From positions 8,851,018-8,889,796 of the forward strand of contig NC_068992.1 in assembly GCF_001194135.2 (NCBI RefSeq): DNA of 38,779 nt, given 5' to 3'. This stretch comes from Octopus bimaculoides. Taxonomy: Eukaryota. The position numbers and the translations under genes are program-made. This document shows, in pieces, positions 12,073 to 24,864 of the stretch (its first letter is position 1; every line of letters begins with the position of its first letter). Under the pieces are notes generated by a model. The model had not been told where the DNA came from. It ran no database searches and saw only the letters and a list, made by a program, of their open reading frames with translations.

Positions 12073-12699
12073 CTCTAACAATTCTGCCAGCTCTCTGTCC
12101 TACCATGTCATCTTAAACGCAATAAAAAATGTTTTCAGAGAGGGACCAAGTCAATTACATCGAATCCGGTATTCCATTGCTATTTATTTTATCAACTCCG
12201 AAACGACGGTGGGATTTGAACTCATAACGAACTTAGCCGGAAGAAAAACTGCTAAACATTCATCTGACGTGCTAACGAGTCTGCTAACTCGTCGCTTTAC
12301 ATGCACTAGAAATAATAATTTCTTTCTATTATAGCTGTAAGGTCTGTAATTTTGGGGGTGAAAGCTCTAGTCGATCATATCGAACCCAGTGCTCTACGGG
12401 TTATCAACTCGGAAAGATAAAAAGCAAGGTTGATCTCGGCTGGATTTGAACTTAGAAGAAATGCCGGAAGAAATGCGCTAAGCCTTTTGTCCGTCATGCT
12501 GACGAGTCTGCCAGGTCACTTTAAATGCAATGAAAATACTTCTGTTTAAAAATGTATAATTATGTACAAATAGAAAGGTTAACAATGTCGTAGCCGCTGC
12601 TGTTTAAAAAACAGAGCACCATTTTAAAACGCAAAGAAAATAAAAGACACCATGAAAATAGCTTTATAATATATGCAGAGACATATGAGAAAGCAAACA

Positions 12700-12915
12700 T
12701 CTTCACATAAACTACATTTACTAAACTCCAACAAAAATAAGAAAAGGAAATGTAGAATGTGCAGTGAGTACAAGATAACAATCGATCACATTTTTAAGGT
12801 CAAGTCAGAGTACACAAGCCGGCATGATTGATATATGATATGCAAACACTACGAAATTAGGGTAGACAACAAATGGTACAAACATTCACCGAAAACTGTC
12901 AATGAAAATTCTAAA
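12700..12915 (+). mobile_element. R4/Dong-clade fragment (zinc knuckle and start of RLE region)
   Basis: KCRMCSEYKITIDHIFKVKSEYTSRHD*YMICKHYEIRVDNKWYKHSPKTVNEN matches CRxC..ETxxHI..C....Y..RHD...KWYEH.P..V.EN. Confidence 0.7.
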
Positions 12916-13644
12916 AATGATTATGTCACAAACATCACTCTTGGCTTTACGTGTCTAAACGAAGAGGAAGGAAAAGGAAACTCCGTGGCATTTTCAGTGA
13001 AAACAGAGCCAAAGAAAGAGTTTGTTTTGACGTAATAGTCTACTTACCCTGACAAGAAGATTTCTCGGAATTAGGTTGAGAATTTCTCGGAATTAGGTCT
13101 AACAACAGGACCTAGTCAAATATAACACGACATATATATTTATTCATAAATTTGTCCTGCATTCATACTCTTGCAATAAACACCGGCTCTTCAATATTGT
13201 AACAATAAGTAAAAGAATGAATAAGGCGGCGAGCATGCAAAATTGGTAGCACTCCGGACGAAATGCTCTGTGGCATTTCGTCCGTCTTTCTATTTTGAAT
13301 TCAAATTCCGTCGAAATCGACTTTGCCTTTCAGCCTTTCGGGGTTCATAAAAAAAGTACCTGTTGAGAAATAAGGTGAATATTATCTACTAGACCCCGCT
13401 CCCCACAAATTTCAGGCCTTGTGCCTATAGTAGAAAATATTACGAAGTAAAAGAGTTTCGCTGATGAGAAGGAGACAAAGCAGCGAAAATATTTGGAGAG
13501 ATTTCTCCGATCGTGACTGGAAAAAATGAAAACGTGACTGATTCCTAACACGCGCGCGCATGCAAGGCTAAAGTAATACTTATTTACTAATTTCGATTTT
13601 TCCTTGCAACGTACACTTTGTGCATTAAATGTGTTAACACTAAG

Positions 13645-13646
<2 letters not shown>

Positions 13647-13706
<60 letters not shown>

Positions 13707-13750
13707 TTATCTATCTATCTATCTGTCATTTTGTCTGTCTGTCTATCTAT
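13647..13750. repeat. (TATC)n microsatellite
   Basis: Direct reading. Similar tracts at 37070-37101 and 38577-38607. Confidence 0.95.
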
Positions 13751-15189
13751 CTACTTCTCGGGAAACTCCATGCGTTTAATATCTTAAATTTACCTATCGT
13801 AGACGCTGGCTTGGCTACGTGGCAAGAAGTTTTCTTCCCAACCACGTTATTCCGGGTTCAACTCCATTGTATGGCGCCTTGGGCGAGCNNNNNNNNNNNN
13901 NNNNNNNNNNNNNNNNNNNNNNNNNNNNNNNNNNNNNNNNNNNNNNNNNNNNNNNNNNNNNNNNNNNNNNNNNNNNNNNNNNNNNNNNNNNNNNNNNNNN
14001 NNNNNNNNNNNNNNNNNNNNNNNNNNNNNNNNNNNNNNNNNNNNNNNNNNNNNNNNNNNNNNNNNNNNNNNNNNNNNNNNNNNNNNNNNNNNNNNNNNNN
14101 NNNNNNNNNNNNNNNNNNNNNNNNNNNNNNNNNNNNNNNNNNNNNNNNNNNNNNNTATATATATATATATATATATATATTACAGTTCTATTTTTAAGAC
14201 ATGAGGAATTATGTACAATATTTACATTATTTACATTTGATGGATATTTGTCCTCATCTTGTTTGTTTGCGTGTGTGTATCTTTGAGGCTCTGTCTCCAA
14301 CCACTGCTTGACAACCAGCGCTGGTTTGTTCATGTCCCCGTTAACTAGCAGTTCGTCCAAAGAGACCGATAGTATAAGTACCACACTTAAACACTTATCC
14401 GGCTCGATTCGTTCGCATAAAGAAAAAAAATTCTTCAAGGTTCTACTCCAGCATGGCTGCAGTCTAATGGCCGGAACAAATAAAAGATAAAAAATATTGT
14501 GCAATCTCTGATTGGTATCGGATTTGACTTTTGCTCGCATCAGTTTGTTGTCCTTACAAATATATGTTGAAAGCTTGCTTCATGCAGACAAGAAATCCTC
14601 TAAAAAAGAAACAAGATAATAAATAAACCGCAAACTCCTTGAAAATTGCGCAAAAGAAAGAGTTGTTATTATTGTTCTTGTTGTTGCTTCGTTGCCTCAG
14701 GTCATGAAGTCGTGACATAGTTCACTTTAGACGACAATATCTAGTAGCAGCAACGTCTAGAATGTGCCCTGGGAAGGGATGGTACGGCGAAAGGAATATG
14801 ACGGTGATAGAGACGAGAAGAAGAAAAAAAAATGGGTGTGTGAGATAAGCAAAAGTACATTAAAGTGTGAAAGCTTCAAGATACAGTTTGAAAAAGGGAG
14901 GTCGTGAAGGTAATGAAGCTATATGCAAAAGAATAAAGCAAATGTTAGGAAGAAAATGAAAGGTGAAATACAAGCTGATCGATTTGAGAGGATCGATCTG
15001 GTAACAAGAAAAGGAGTTGTAAAATTTATGGCGACAGAAAGTAATTACGTCTCAGAATTTGCTTAGGAGAGAGTTTTCATCCCCGTGTAATATTCATAGG
15101 GATTCTCGACAACATAATTGGTTTCAAATTTTGGCACAAGGCCAGCAATTTCGGTGATGGGGAAAGTCGTTTACATCGACCCCAGGTGG

Positions 15190-15750
15190 TGATATTGATA
15201 ACCAGCTCCTCTTTGTTTTGGGATATGTCATCAAGAGATTCAGATGAATTGTTTTCGAGAGATTGTAAATTTTGAGTATTGACTCAGCAGTCAAGAACTG
15301 AGCTGTTCAGTATCGGAGGTAGGCCTAGTCACTTTCTAATGAGCACATTGCGCTTTTGCTCAATGATTTGAACTTGTAACAGTGCCACCTTGTATATTAA
15401 AAGTGATCACGGAAGACGCTAATATAAGACAAACTGTAGGCACCATATTTTATACTTCTCTGGTAGCTTTGAACCATCAATTACTGTTAGTTCATCCTCG
15501 GCTTGTTTCATAATCTGCATCCCGCAACTCCTATCTGACAATGTTCCTGCATATTCTTTCTCCTGCTATTTTGAATTTTACTTGTTTTTGTACTCCCCTA
15601 ATAAATGTCAGACTACATGACTTTTTTGCTCTAAATAACATCTTTAACCACTTTGTCAGCTTGTCTAGCCTCGGGAGGGCACTCTGCAAGATTTCTGGTC
15701 TATCGACAGAAATATCAGGTTCGTCCATGAAGGCATTCTTAGGCGATTGC

Positions 15751-15755
<5 letters not shown>
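15190..15755 (-). mobile_element. Hero-like (RLE-type) non-LTR retrotransposon RT fragment
   Basis: PKNAFMDE...WLKMLFRAKKSCSL...FKIAGERI...IDGSKLPEKYKIWCLQFVLY...VQIIEQKRNVLIRK*LGLP matches RAFMDD...W..M.FKP.KSRSL...ID.S.LPGKYK.WC.QF...RKWLGLP. Degenerate. Confidence 0.7.
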
Positions 15756-15782
<27 letters not shown>

Positions 15783-17067
15783 GTTACAGACATTAAAGTA
15801 AATTTCGAATGCAGTATAGCTGTGAAAACAGCCGAGAGAAAGATTGGATATCTACCTCTTAGAAGACAAAAAAAGTTGTCTGCTGGTAACTCTCCCGGTC
15901 CTTTTAAAGTTTGTTTGCAATGTAATATACATACATTCTTACATGCATACATACATACATACATACATACATACATACATACATGCAATGCATATTGTTG
16001 TTATTGCGTTAAACTATATCCAAATTTGGTCAAATGCGCTTTTTTTTTCGATATTTATTTTTGCATGCAATAGCTGGTTCTTTTGGTCAAACTATCGTAT
16101 CTCCAGCTGCTTCAGATGTCAAGAAATGAAAATTGTCAAAAATGTAGTACAACGGTTTTGCTATGAAATGGTGAAACTATTTTTTCGTTTTCTGCAAAAG
16201 TAACGTTTTGGACTTACGGCACTTTTGCATAATAGCAACGATATATATGTATACACATACATGCATACATACATATATNNNNNNNNNNNNNNNNNNNNNN
16301 NNNNNNNNNNNNNNNNNNNNNNNNNNNNNTATATATATAGATATATAGATATGCGCGCGCACGCACGCACGCACACACGCGTACACAGACATATATATAT
16401 ATCAATGTTGACTTTCAAAAGTTTATATAATTTCAGTATTTCAGTAGTCATTGCTTTATACTATACAACTTGGTATGTTACTCTACTCTTATGTCTATAT
16501 TAGATAAACAAAGATTGCATTGTTTCGTCCAATTTCATTTCAGCTTTCTATTCTAATCTGTAGTGTTACCAATAGGATTTTGTCCTTCTAATCTCTAGGT
16601 TTTTTCGTTTTCTTCTTTTGACCCAATTGTATCTTGTTTTCTGCTCAGTCGCTTTCAAAGTATTTGTTTTTCAAGTGATAGAACAATAAGTAAAGTAGAT
16701 ACCAAATGTCTTTTTTTTTTCCTATATCATGTTTCCTAAAACACGTTGCCTCGGTGTGTATGTGTGTGTGTGTTTCACGTACATAAAATCTCTACTCATG
16801 GTGGGGAGACAATGCTTTGCTCTTTAAGAGGTTTTAAATTCGAGCGTGAGTGGAGGTTCACTCTAACTTTATGCAGGAGTACCAAGATAGATTCGCCGAT
16901 AAAATAGGCGCAGGCGTGGCTGTGTGACAAGAAGCTTGCTTCGCAACCACATAGTTACGGGTTCAGTCCCACTGCGTGGCACCTTGGGCAAGTGTCTTCT
17001 ACTATAGACTTGAGCCGATCAAAGACTAGTGAGTGGATTTGGTAGACGGAAACTGAAAGAAGCATGC

Positions 17068-17102
<35 letters not shown>

Positions 17103-17434
17103 TTCTTTATTGCCCACTAGGGGCTAAACATAGAGGGGGCAGACAAGGACAGACAAAGGGCTCTTATAACATAAATGACATACAATTCTCACTACTAAAG
17201 CAAATCTTCCAAAGTGGCCGGAGATAATTCGAAGGATTGATTTGGTACAACGTTGAACGTCTGTCATGTTTACAGAAGATGCGGGTTCGAGTCTCACGGA
17301 CAGCATTCGATTTTTTTTTGCCAACCCAAATTCTGCACGTTATAATTTATAGCTTTATCTACTTCGAATTATTCCCACGTTAGAAACTAAAGCTATTTAT
17401 TAATACCACCCCCATACAATATATGTGTACGTGT

Positions 17435-17469
<35 letters not shown>

Positions 17470-18395
17470 GAGTGGTCTTCCGCACAGTTTCAATCGATCG
17501 AATTTCACTCAAAAGGAATTGATTGAGTGGTGACTGAAAACAAGGCAAGACATTTGCCAATGATGTTTCACAGCTGGATCAAACTAGAAAAATGTAGTCT
17601 CAAAGCAAATTCCAAAACCTCACTGCCATGCAGACATATTTTCTAACAAGTTTTATATTGTCTCTAATAAGAAGAAATATGTCAAATATTAGCCATAAAG
17701 AAACCGATTTTGAGTGTCATTAACAACTAGAAAGCGTTTTCAATGAGTTGGCAAATTTATGTTTATTACTCCTCGTTTTGGGAAAAGAAAAGTAGGAGAA
17801 AAGAAAAGCAAACCCTTGATAGTAAATTGGTGCATTATGACATCTCATTTCTTAACTATACATCATTAAATTATTCCTATTAATACACATTCGACCCACT
17901 TTTTCATACATTTGATAAACAGCGGGAAGTATTGACCAGGTCGTAGAAGTACGACATAAAACTTAGATATCTAATAATAGCAATAATCCTTTCTACTATT
18001 GACACAAGAACTGACATTTGAGGGAAGGGAGCAAGTTGATTACATCGACCCCAGTGTTTCACTGGTACTTAATTTATCGACCCCGAGAGGATGAAAGGCA
18101 AATTCAACTCAAAACGTAGCGACGGGCGAAGCTAAACGATTCTGCCAGCTCACTGCATTAATGATAATAATCCTTTCTGCTGGATGCTCAAGGCCTCAAA
18201 ATTGTGGGCAGGGTACTAGTCGATTATATCGACCCCGGTGCTTCACTGATACTTAATTTATCGACTCCGAAAGGATGAAAGGCAGAATCGACCTCGGTGG
18301 AATTAGAGAGAACTCAGAACGTGATGACAGACACAATACTGCGATACGTTTCGCCCGGCGTGCTAACGATTCTGCCGGCTCGCGGTCTTAATAAC

Positions 18396-18426
<31 letters not shown>

Positions 18427-18679
18427 ATGATAATAATTTCTTTTATTTACCACCAGGGCGAAGGATGAGGAGTACACCACAAAGACGGGCTTAACGTGTG
18501 GGGGTTTACATATAATAAAATGATAAAAGAAAAGGAATATATACGATAAAACAAAGAAAGGAAGTACACATAATATACAATAGTAAAAGGATCCTCCTGT
18601 ATTTTCCTTTACTCAAAGCCTGGAACTTTTCACCACCCCTCATATGTATGTATATGTGTGTATGTGTGTGTGTGTGTGC

Positions 18680-18900
18680 AGAAACGTTAGCACACCGGGC
18701 GAAATGCTTAGCCGTATTTCGTCTGCCGCTACGTTCTGAGTTCAAATTCCGCCGAGGTCGACTTTGCCTTTCCTCCTTTCGGGGTCGATTAAATAAGTAC
18801 CAGTTACGCACTGGGTCGATATAATCGACTTAATCCGTGTTTGTCTGTCCTTGTTTGTCCCCTCTGTGTGTAGCCCCTTGTGGGTAGTAAAGAAATAACA
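18680..18900 (+). mobile_element. Well-preserved family A SINE with tail ...gtttgtcccctctgtgtgtagccccttgtgggtagtaaagaaata
   Basis: Near-consensus head, gagttcaaattcc B-box and core. The same tail occurs reversed at 11745-11810 and 17100-17160. Confidence 0.9.
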
Positions 18901-19873
18901 CATATATATATATATGTATAAATGTGTGTGTGTATATATTATTCATATATAAAAATCTTTAATAATAAATAATAAATCTTCAAATAATAAATAAAATATT
19001 CAAAACCACATTGTGATAAAAATATATTGAAATTTGAATTTTTAAGAATCTTTTTGACAGTGTAGATTTTAATAGTTGCTCTTATTTAGTGAAAAGTTAT
19101 ACACTCCAATCTAATTGATAAGTAGTTTTCTTTATTATAATTCAATAAACCTTACGTGAAACTTCACGTATGTGGTTTGTAAAATACGGTAGTGACAAAT
19201 AAGTAAATAAATTTAAACATGGAGATCTCCCAATGAATAACTGATTTTACGATTTGATTGGAAAAGGATGACCATAACACCAAAAATCAAAACAGGCCAT
19301 AAAAATTACATCTTTATGAAAACTTTCAGCTTGGAATTATTAAGAATTCTACTATACATTTTAAACTGACTAGGAAGGTTACTGTAGCTTTGGTCACATA
19401 TTTTTCTTAAACCCTGGTACTCATAAGATCAGTTACCTGGTTTCCATGACGTATAAGTAACCAATATTTTGAAGGAAGGGGACAAGTCGATTACGTCGGC
19501 CCCAGTACTGGACTAGTACTCTATTTTATCGACCCCTAGGGGATGAAAGACTCAGTTGACTCTAGGGGATTTGAGCTCGGAACGTAAAAGTCCTGAACAA
19601 ACGCCGACTCGCCGCTAAGCATTATGTCCGACGTGCTAACAATTCTGCTTGTTCATCATGTTTATTTGGAGATGTTTTAACTGCTTCTCTCTCCGTTATA
19701 ATTAAGTGTGTGTATGCAAGTGTGGATGCCTATACGCATGAAGTTTCTTGGAGAAATTGACTCAATATAAGAATAATCCGAGAAAAATATGGAAATAGAG
19801 AGAGAAATCATACTTGAACATATATGCATAATTATAATGTAATTAATCTTTTTTTTTTTTTTTACAATTTCAG

Positions 19874-19936
19874 AGTATACCTGTGCGTGGATAATATTAA
19901 TACAAATGCTTCACCTATCAGTATTCCATCTTCAAG
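19874..19936 (+). CDS. Probable upstream exon of the 3CxxC gene (coding or 5' UTR)
   Basis: Long poly-T tract plus acaatttcag acceptor and perfect aag|gtaagt donor. 63 nt, phase 2/2, open in frame with the next exon (VYLCVDNINTNASPISIPSS|S-MEMVW), but with no in-frame Met. Confidence 0.65.
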
Positions 19937-20052
19937 GTAAGTGAAGTACATATTTCAATATATTTCAAAGGATTAAGGCGGCGAGCTGGCAGAATCGTTA
20001 ACATTTCGGGGCAAAATGCTTCGAGGCATTTCGTCAGTCTTTACGTTATGAG

Positions 20053-20418
20053 AGTGCGGAGGTGCAATGGTCCAGTGGTTAGGGCAGCGGACTCGCGGTC
20101 ATAGGATCGCGGTTTCGATTCCCAGACCGGGCGTTGTGAGTGTTTATTGAGCGAAAACACCTAAAGCTCCACGAGGATCCGGCAGGGGATGGTGGCGAAC
20201 CCTGCTGTACTCTTTCACCATAACTTTCTCTCACTCTTACTTCTTGTTTCTATTGTACCTGTAATTCAAAAGGTCACGCTGAATATCCTCGAGAACTACG
20301 TTATGGGTACACGTGTCTGTAGAGTGCTCAGCCACTTGCACGTTAATTTCACGAGCAGGCTGTTCCGTTGATCGGATCAACTGGAACCCTCGACGTCGTA
20401 TGCGACGAAGTGCCAACA
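20053..20418 (+). mobile_element. SINE family C inserted into a family A SINE
   Basis: A-box tggtccagtggttagg and B-box ggtttcgattccc. Flanked by acgttatgag at 20043-20052 and 20419-20428; the host SINE resumes afterwards. Related heads at about 10330-10510(-), 10935-11010(-), 27310-27620(+) and 32440-32575(-). Confidence 0.85.
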
Positions 20419-22062
20419 ACGTTATGAGTTCAAACTACGCCGAGGTCGAGGTCGACTTTGCCTTTCATCCTTTCAGGCTCGATAAATGTGATTGCGTCGC
20501 ATTATGAAGAGGTGCTGACTGAGTCATTTAAGCATTAATGTGAGACTGATTTTCCCCAATGTTTTCAAAATGAAAATTAACCGCAGTCACTCATGTGCAA
20601 ACCGTAATCTGCGCGACTTTCAAAATGGCGTGCTTAACGAAAAATTATTTTGAATTTTTATTTAATGTTGCGGCCCGCCTGGTGATGAGCGCGCTTCTCG
20701 ATAAAGATTGCCCATGCCTGTTTTAAATTCAAGGAGGAAAATATAAGCAGTAAATCCGCTCTCTCTGTTTTCTTTATTGTTGAGCAATTAATGATCTAGG
20801 ATCCAAAAGAAGAAATCAAGAAAGCCTTTTAAGCTATAAACTGTCTTCTCTCCTTAAGAAATGCGTAACTTTGTAAAATGTAGAATTTATTTGTCTCAAG
20901 TCATTCTATGCTGATATCTCTAAGGAAGATGAAATAGTGCTATACGTGGCTACCAACAAGGTTGTAATGTGTAGGGACAAAATTATATGCATATGAATTA
21001 TATGTATATGCTCTATACACCTTAACTCTGATGTAAATTCCAAATTTTCAAATATGCCTCAACTTAATTTAGAAGTCTTTGTATCCCTTATAATAGTTAG
21101 CTGTCAAGGGTACACACTATCTTAGAGGAGATAACTCGAAAATTTTTCTGATTTCCTAAATGTCGTCGTTTCCTATTCGTCGTTTAAACCCTACTGTGAT
21201 TGTTTCTGATGTTGAAAATACTGGATGTAATCAAATCCACTATATTTATGATCGATACTGTCATAATTTAGACTCTTTAAATTGCCTCTGAAATAGTTGG
21301 CAAATTTTTTTTGGGGAACATTGGAAAATGATTTTCTTTTCTTAAATTTTGTAATATGTTGAAAATGTATTTCTAATTCAATGGAGTGAATTGCAATAGT
21401 TTCAGGGTAACAAGAAACTTTAGGATTACATTACTTTAGTACAGATTACGTTTCAATGCTGTACAGGTGTTAAGGTCGTTAACCGTATGTTATTAATACC
21501 CAAGATATACATTACCAACTAAAACACTACATATTTGTGTAAAGTGTCTCTGTTTTTTAAATTTTTTACCCAGTATGCTTATGCGCTCGCTCCACTTCAT
21601 TTATTTATACAAACCTATAAACAGATAAATATACTTATATACGATAGCACATTTGCAAAGTACATTTAGTAATGGAATTTTGTTAGTATATTGCTGCAGG
21701 TATAATAGGTTGACTTCCGGGGGCCATTATATTTTGCCAACAACACTACCCTCTGTTGGGCAATACGTACATTCACTTTTTGTGTTTGGTAACATTGCAC
21801 TTCGAAAATCTAAAAGTAAAGATAAATGGTAATGATGTTCAATCTTGCTTCGGAAATCGTTACGTAATCTTTATCACATCTTTGTCTCTTGAGGTCTGTT
21901 GTAGAAAATTAATTTGAATGTTTATCATAATATACAGGAAACAAAGGAAAATAAAATGCAGAAATGTCGGACGATCTTCTTTAATCTCTTTAGTATACGA
22001 ATGCTTTAAATCTGAGGCTGAAACTTTTTAGAAATCAGTATTTATATAGAATAGTGTTTGTG

Positions 22063-22097
<35 letters not shown>

Positions 22098-22377
22098 AAT
22101 GGGTTGCAACGTAATAAGAATTACGCGGTTTCTTTACTGGACGAAATCAGGCGTTTGTATTCACATATATGTATGCATGTATGCAAACTCATGTGTGTCT
22201 AAACATCTCTAACTTGCCATTACCGCTGCTCCCATGCTGTCACACCACCACAAACGTAACAGCTGGAAGTAATATTGATAACAATTTTAAACTGAGATGT
22301 TTTACTTTCATTAAAAATATTTCTTTTCGATCTGCAACGAAAAAATATGGAAACATTTTTTCATTTTCTTTTCTTAG

Positions 22378-22522
22378 TATGGAGATGGTATGGCATGGGG
22401 AATTCGATCGGCTGTTTTGTCAATACTTCCCAGACCAATGGCACCTCTTGTCCACTCATTACCCACCAAGTAATCGATGGAGAACCTTTAAAGACAGTGC
22501 GAAAGTCAGATTTTCTTGTCAG
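22378..22522 (+). CDS. Exon of 3CxxC zinc-finger (RTP-like) gene, N-terminal part of domain
   Basis: Acceptor ttttcttttcttag, donor cag|gtaaaa. From ATG 22379 it encodes MEMVWHGEFDRLFCQYFPDQWHLLSTHYPPSNRWRTFKDSAKVRFSCQ, matching the W..F / D.W.L / W / A..RF.C start of RTP-type 3CxxC domains. Ends in phase 0. Confidence 0.9.
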
Positions 22523-22963
22523 GTAAAAGAGAAAATTATTTCTTCATTAGTTTGTCAAGTTTTTTTTTTGTTTCTTTTTTCTTCGAATTTTTAGTCTTAA
22601 TCAGTGAAGATAAGGTAACGCCCACGAGCTTCGAAAGTGATGAAGTGAAGGAAGGAAGCTATCCTCGAACCAGAAACTCTAGCTTGAATGCTTGCAAAAG
22701 TTACATGATGTGTGTGTGTATGTGTGTTATACGGTGAGGGATTAATTTATCCTCTTTAATAAATATTTCTGAATATCAATTCAAATAATTGTAATTAAAT
22801 AGTTTAATGAATACTGAAGGGATAACAAATGAGTAACATATAATACTATTTTAAAATAGCTTTTAAGACTTTTACTAACAATCAATTTCTTAAAAATACA
22901 TATTTGCAGGCCTGTTTTTATCAGATACTATTTGGTATCCGTCGCTATGGAAATAGTATGATA

Positions 22964-23563
22964 TTTTTACCTCTGCCTTAACAAAGGCGGAGGTATTGTT
23001 TTCAGTCGCGTTTGTTTGTTTGTTTGTTTGTCCATGGACAAGATATCTCAAGAACCACTGGATGGATTCAGATGAAACTTTCAGGGATGTTTGGTACCGT
23101 GACTGACACGAACTGATTAGATTTTGGGATCGATCTGGTACCGGACAAGGATTCTGGATTATTTGTTATATTTACTTTACATGATTATGATCTTACGTTA
23201 ACTTTCAAGTCTTTCTCAATTATCTCTCTTTAGGCTGTAACTCTTTAGAATGGTGAATTTGTTAACTTTGGCTTGTATTAGATAAGGATAAACTATTTAT
23301 TACTGTTACTAAATTTTCTACGGCCACCTTCACATTCCATGACTACCATTAGAATAGAATAATCCAGACAGGATTTTGGATTACTTTTCCGAGTTTTTTA
23401 CTTAATTGTTTTTGAGCGGTCGCGTTCGTTTTTAGTATTCTCGTTAGTGAGAACAGTCCAGTTTATTTCAGATATTCTCATTTTAAAAATAATCTCTGGC
23501 TAATCATTGAGAGGACATTAGTGTTGCCTTGGAAGAGGTTTGCGCTCTCTGAGTGTTCTTGTT
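22964..23563 (+). mobile_element. DINE-1/HINE-like non-autonomous Helentron
   Basis: T-run, 5' inverted repeat acctctgcctt-aaca-aaggcggaggt (22969-22994), (GTTT)n, internal repeated ggattctggatta unit, 3' sub-TIR ttggaagaggt, hairpin gcgctc-tct-gagtgt and terminal TT. Confidence 0.75.
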
Positions 23564-24864
23564 CATATTCTATCTTTCTAAACTAAATTAGTTATTCAAT
23601 GACGTCACTCTTGGTTGGATGAATAAATGTCTAAAGTTAAATTTGGTTTGGGGTTTCTTTTGGTTAGCGTTTATTAAGAGCTAAAATTCTTCAGATGTTC
23701 AGTTAGAATTTCACCTATTTGGATAACCTTGATAATGTTGTGTTGACATAATTTTTCGTATATGTTATTATTAATTTTAATAATATTATGCATATACATA
23801 TATATCGGTATGTGTGTNNNNNNNNNNNNNNNNNNNNNNNNNNNNNNNNNNNNNNNNNNNNNNNNNNNNNNNNNNNNNNNNNNNNNNNNNNNNNNNNNNN
23901 NNNNNNNNNNNNNNNNNNNNNNNNNNNNNNNNNNNNNNNNNNNNNNNNNNNNNNNNNNNNNNNNNNNNNNNNNNNNNNNNNNNNNNNNNNNNNNNNNNNN
24001 NNNNNNNNNNNNNNNNNNNNNNNNNNNNNNNNNNNNNNNNNNNNNNNNNNNNNNNNNNNNNNNNNNNNNNNNNNNNNNNNNNNNNNNNNNNNNNNNNNNN
24101 NNNNNNNNNNNNNNNNNNNNNNNNNNNNNNNNNNNNNNNNNNNNNNNNNNNNNNNNNNNNNNNNNNNNNNNNNNNNNNNNNNNNNNNNNNNNNNNNNNNN
24201 NNNNNNNNNNNNNNNNNNNNNNNNNNNNNNNNNNNNNNNNNNNNNNNNNNNNNNNNNNNNNNNNNNNNNNNNNNNNNNNNNNNNNNNNNNNNNNNNNNNN
24301 NNNNNNNNNNNNNNNNNNNNCATACATACATACATACATACATACATACATACATACATACATACATACCTTAAAATAATTTTATTTTCAACTCAATGTT
24401 TAGTTTTTCTTTTTAAACGGTTTCTGTTTATTTCTCTATTATCCTCTCCATATTTGTTACTGTCCTTGAAGACAGTTTTGTTTTTAATTTTGTTCGTGTT
24501 TTGTATCTTTCTTGTATTAGTTTCCATTTATTCATTGCAAGTTTTTATTATAGTCTTGCAATTAATAGCTTTATAGTTGCATAAGGACGCTACTCTCTTT
24601 GTATTTATGACAAATATATTATATCTACAGTCATTATTTTCCTTCTTTTGCTCTCGTGTCCTGCTAATTCATTTAGATTCCAGTAGAGAATAATATAGCT
24701 ATACTTTATTACTGGGATAGATAAAATCTTGATACCCGTTACTTTTTTGCAGTAATTTTTATTTAAAGTATTAACGCAACACATTTATAATATTTCTTCT
24801 TTTCTTTAATTTATGACGAGTTCAGTAATTCCTAGATATTATTTTTTTCTTATATTTGTTATAG

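Noticed and set aside
13460-13490. ctgatga...gaaa hammerhead core
   Set aside because: No stem II, stem III or stem I pairing.
19153-19170. Palindrome tacgtgaa-ac-ttcacgta
   Set aside because: Short and isolated, with no Helitron CTRR end or other supporting context.
24729-24746. ttgatacccgttact resembling the Drosophila DINE-1 5' end
   Set aside because: No partner inverted repeat, microsatellite or 3' hairpin; probably chance.
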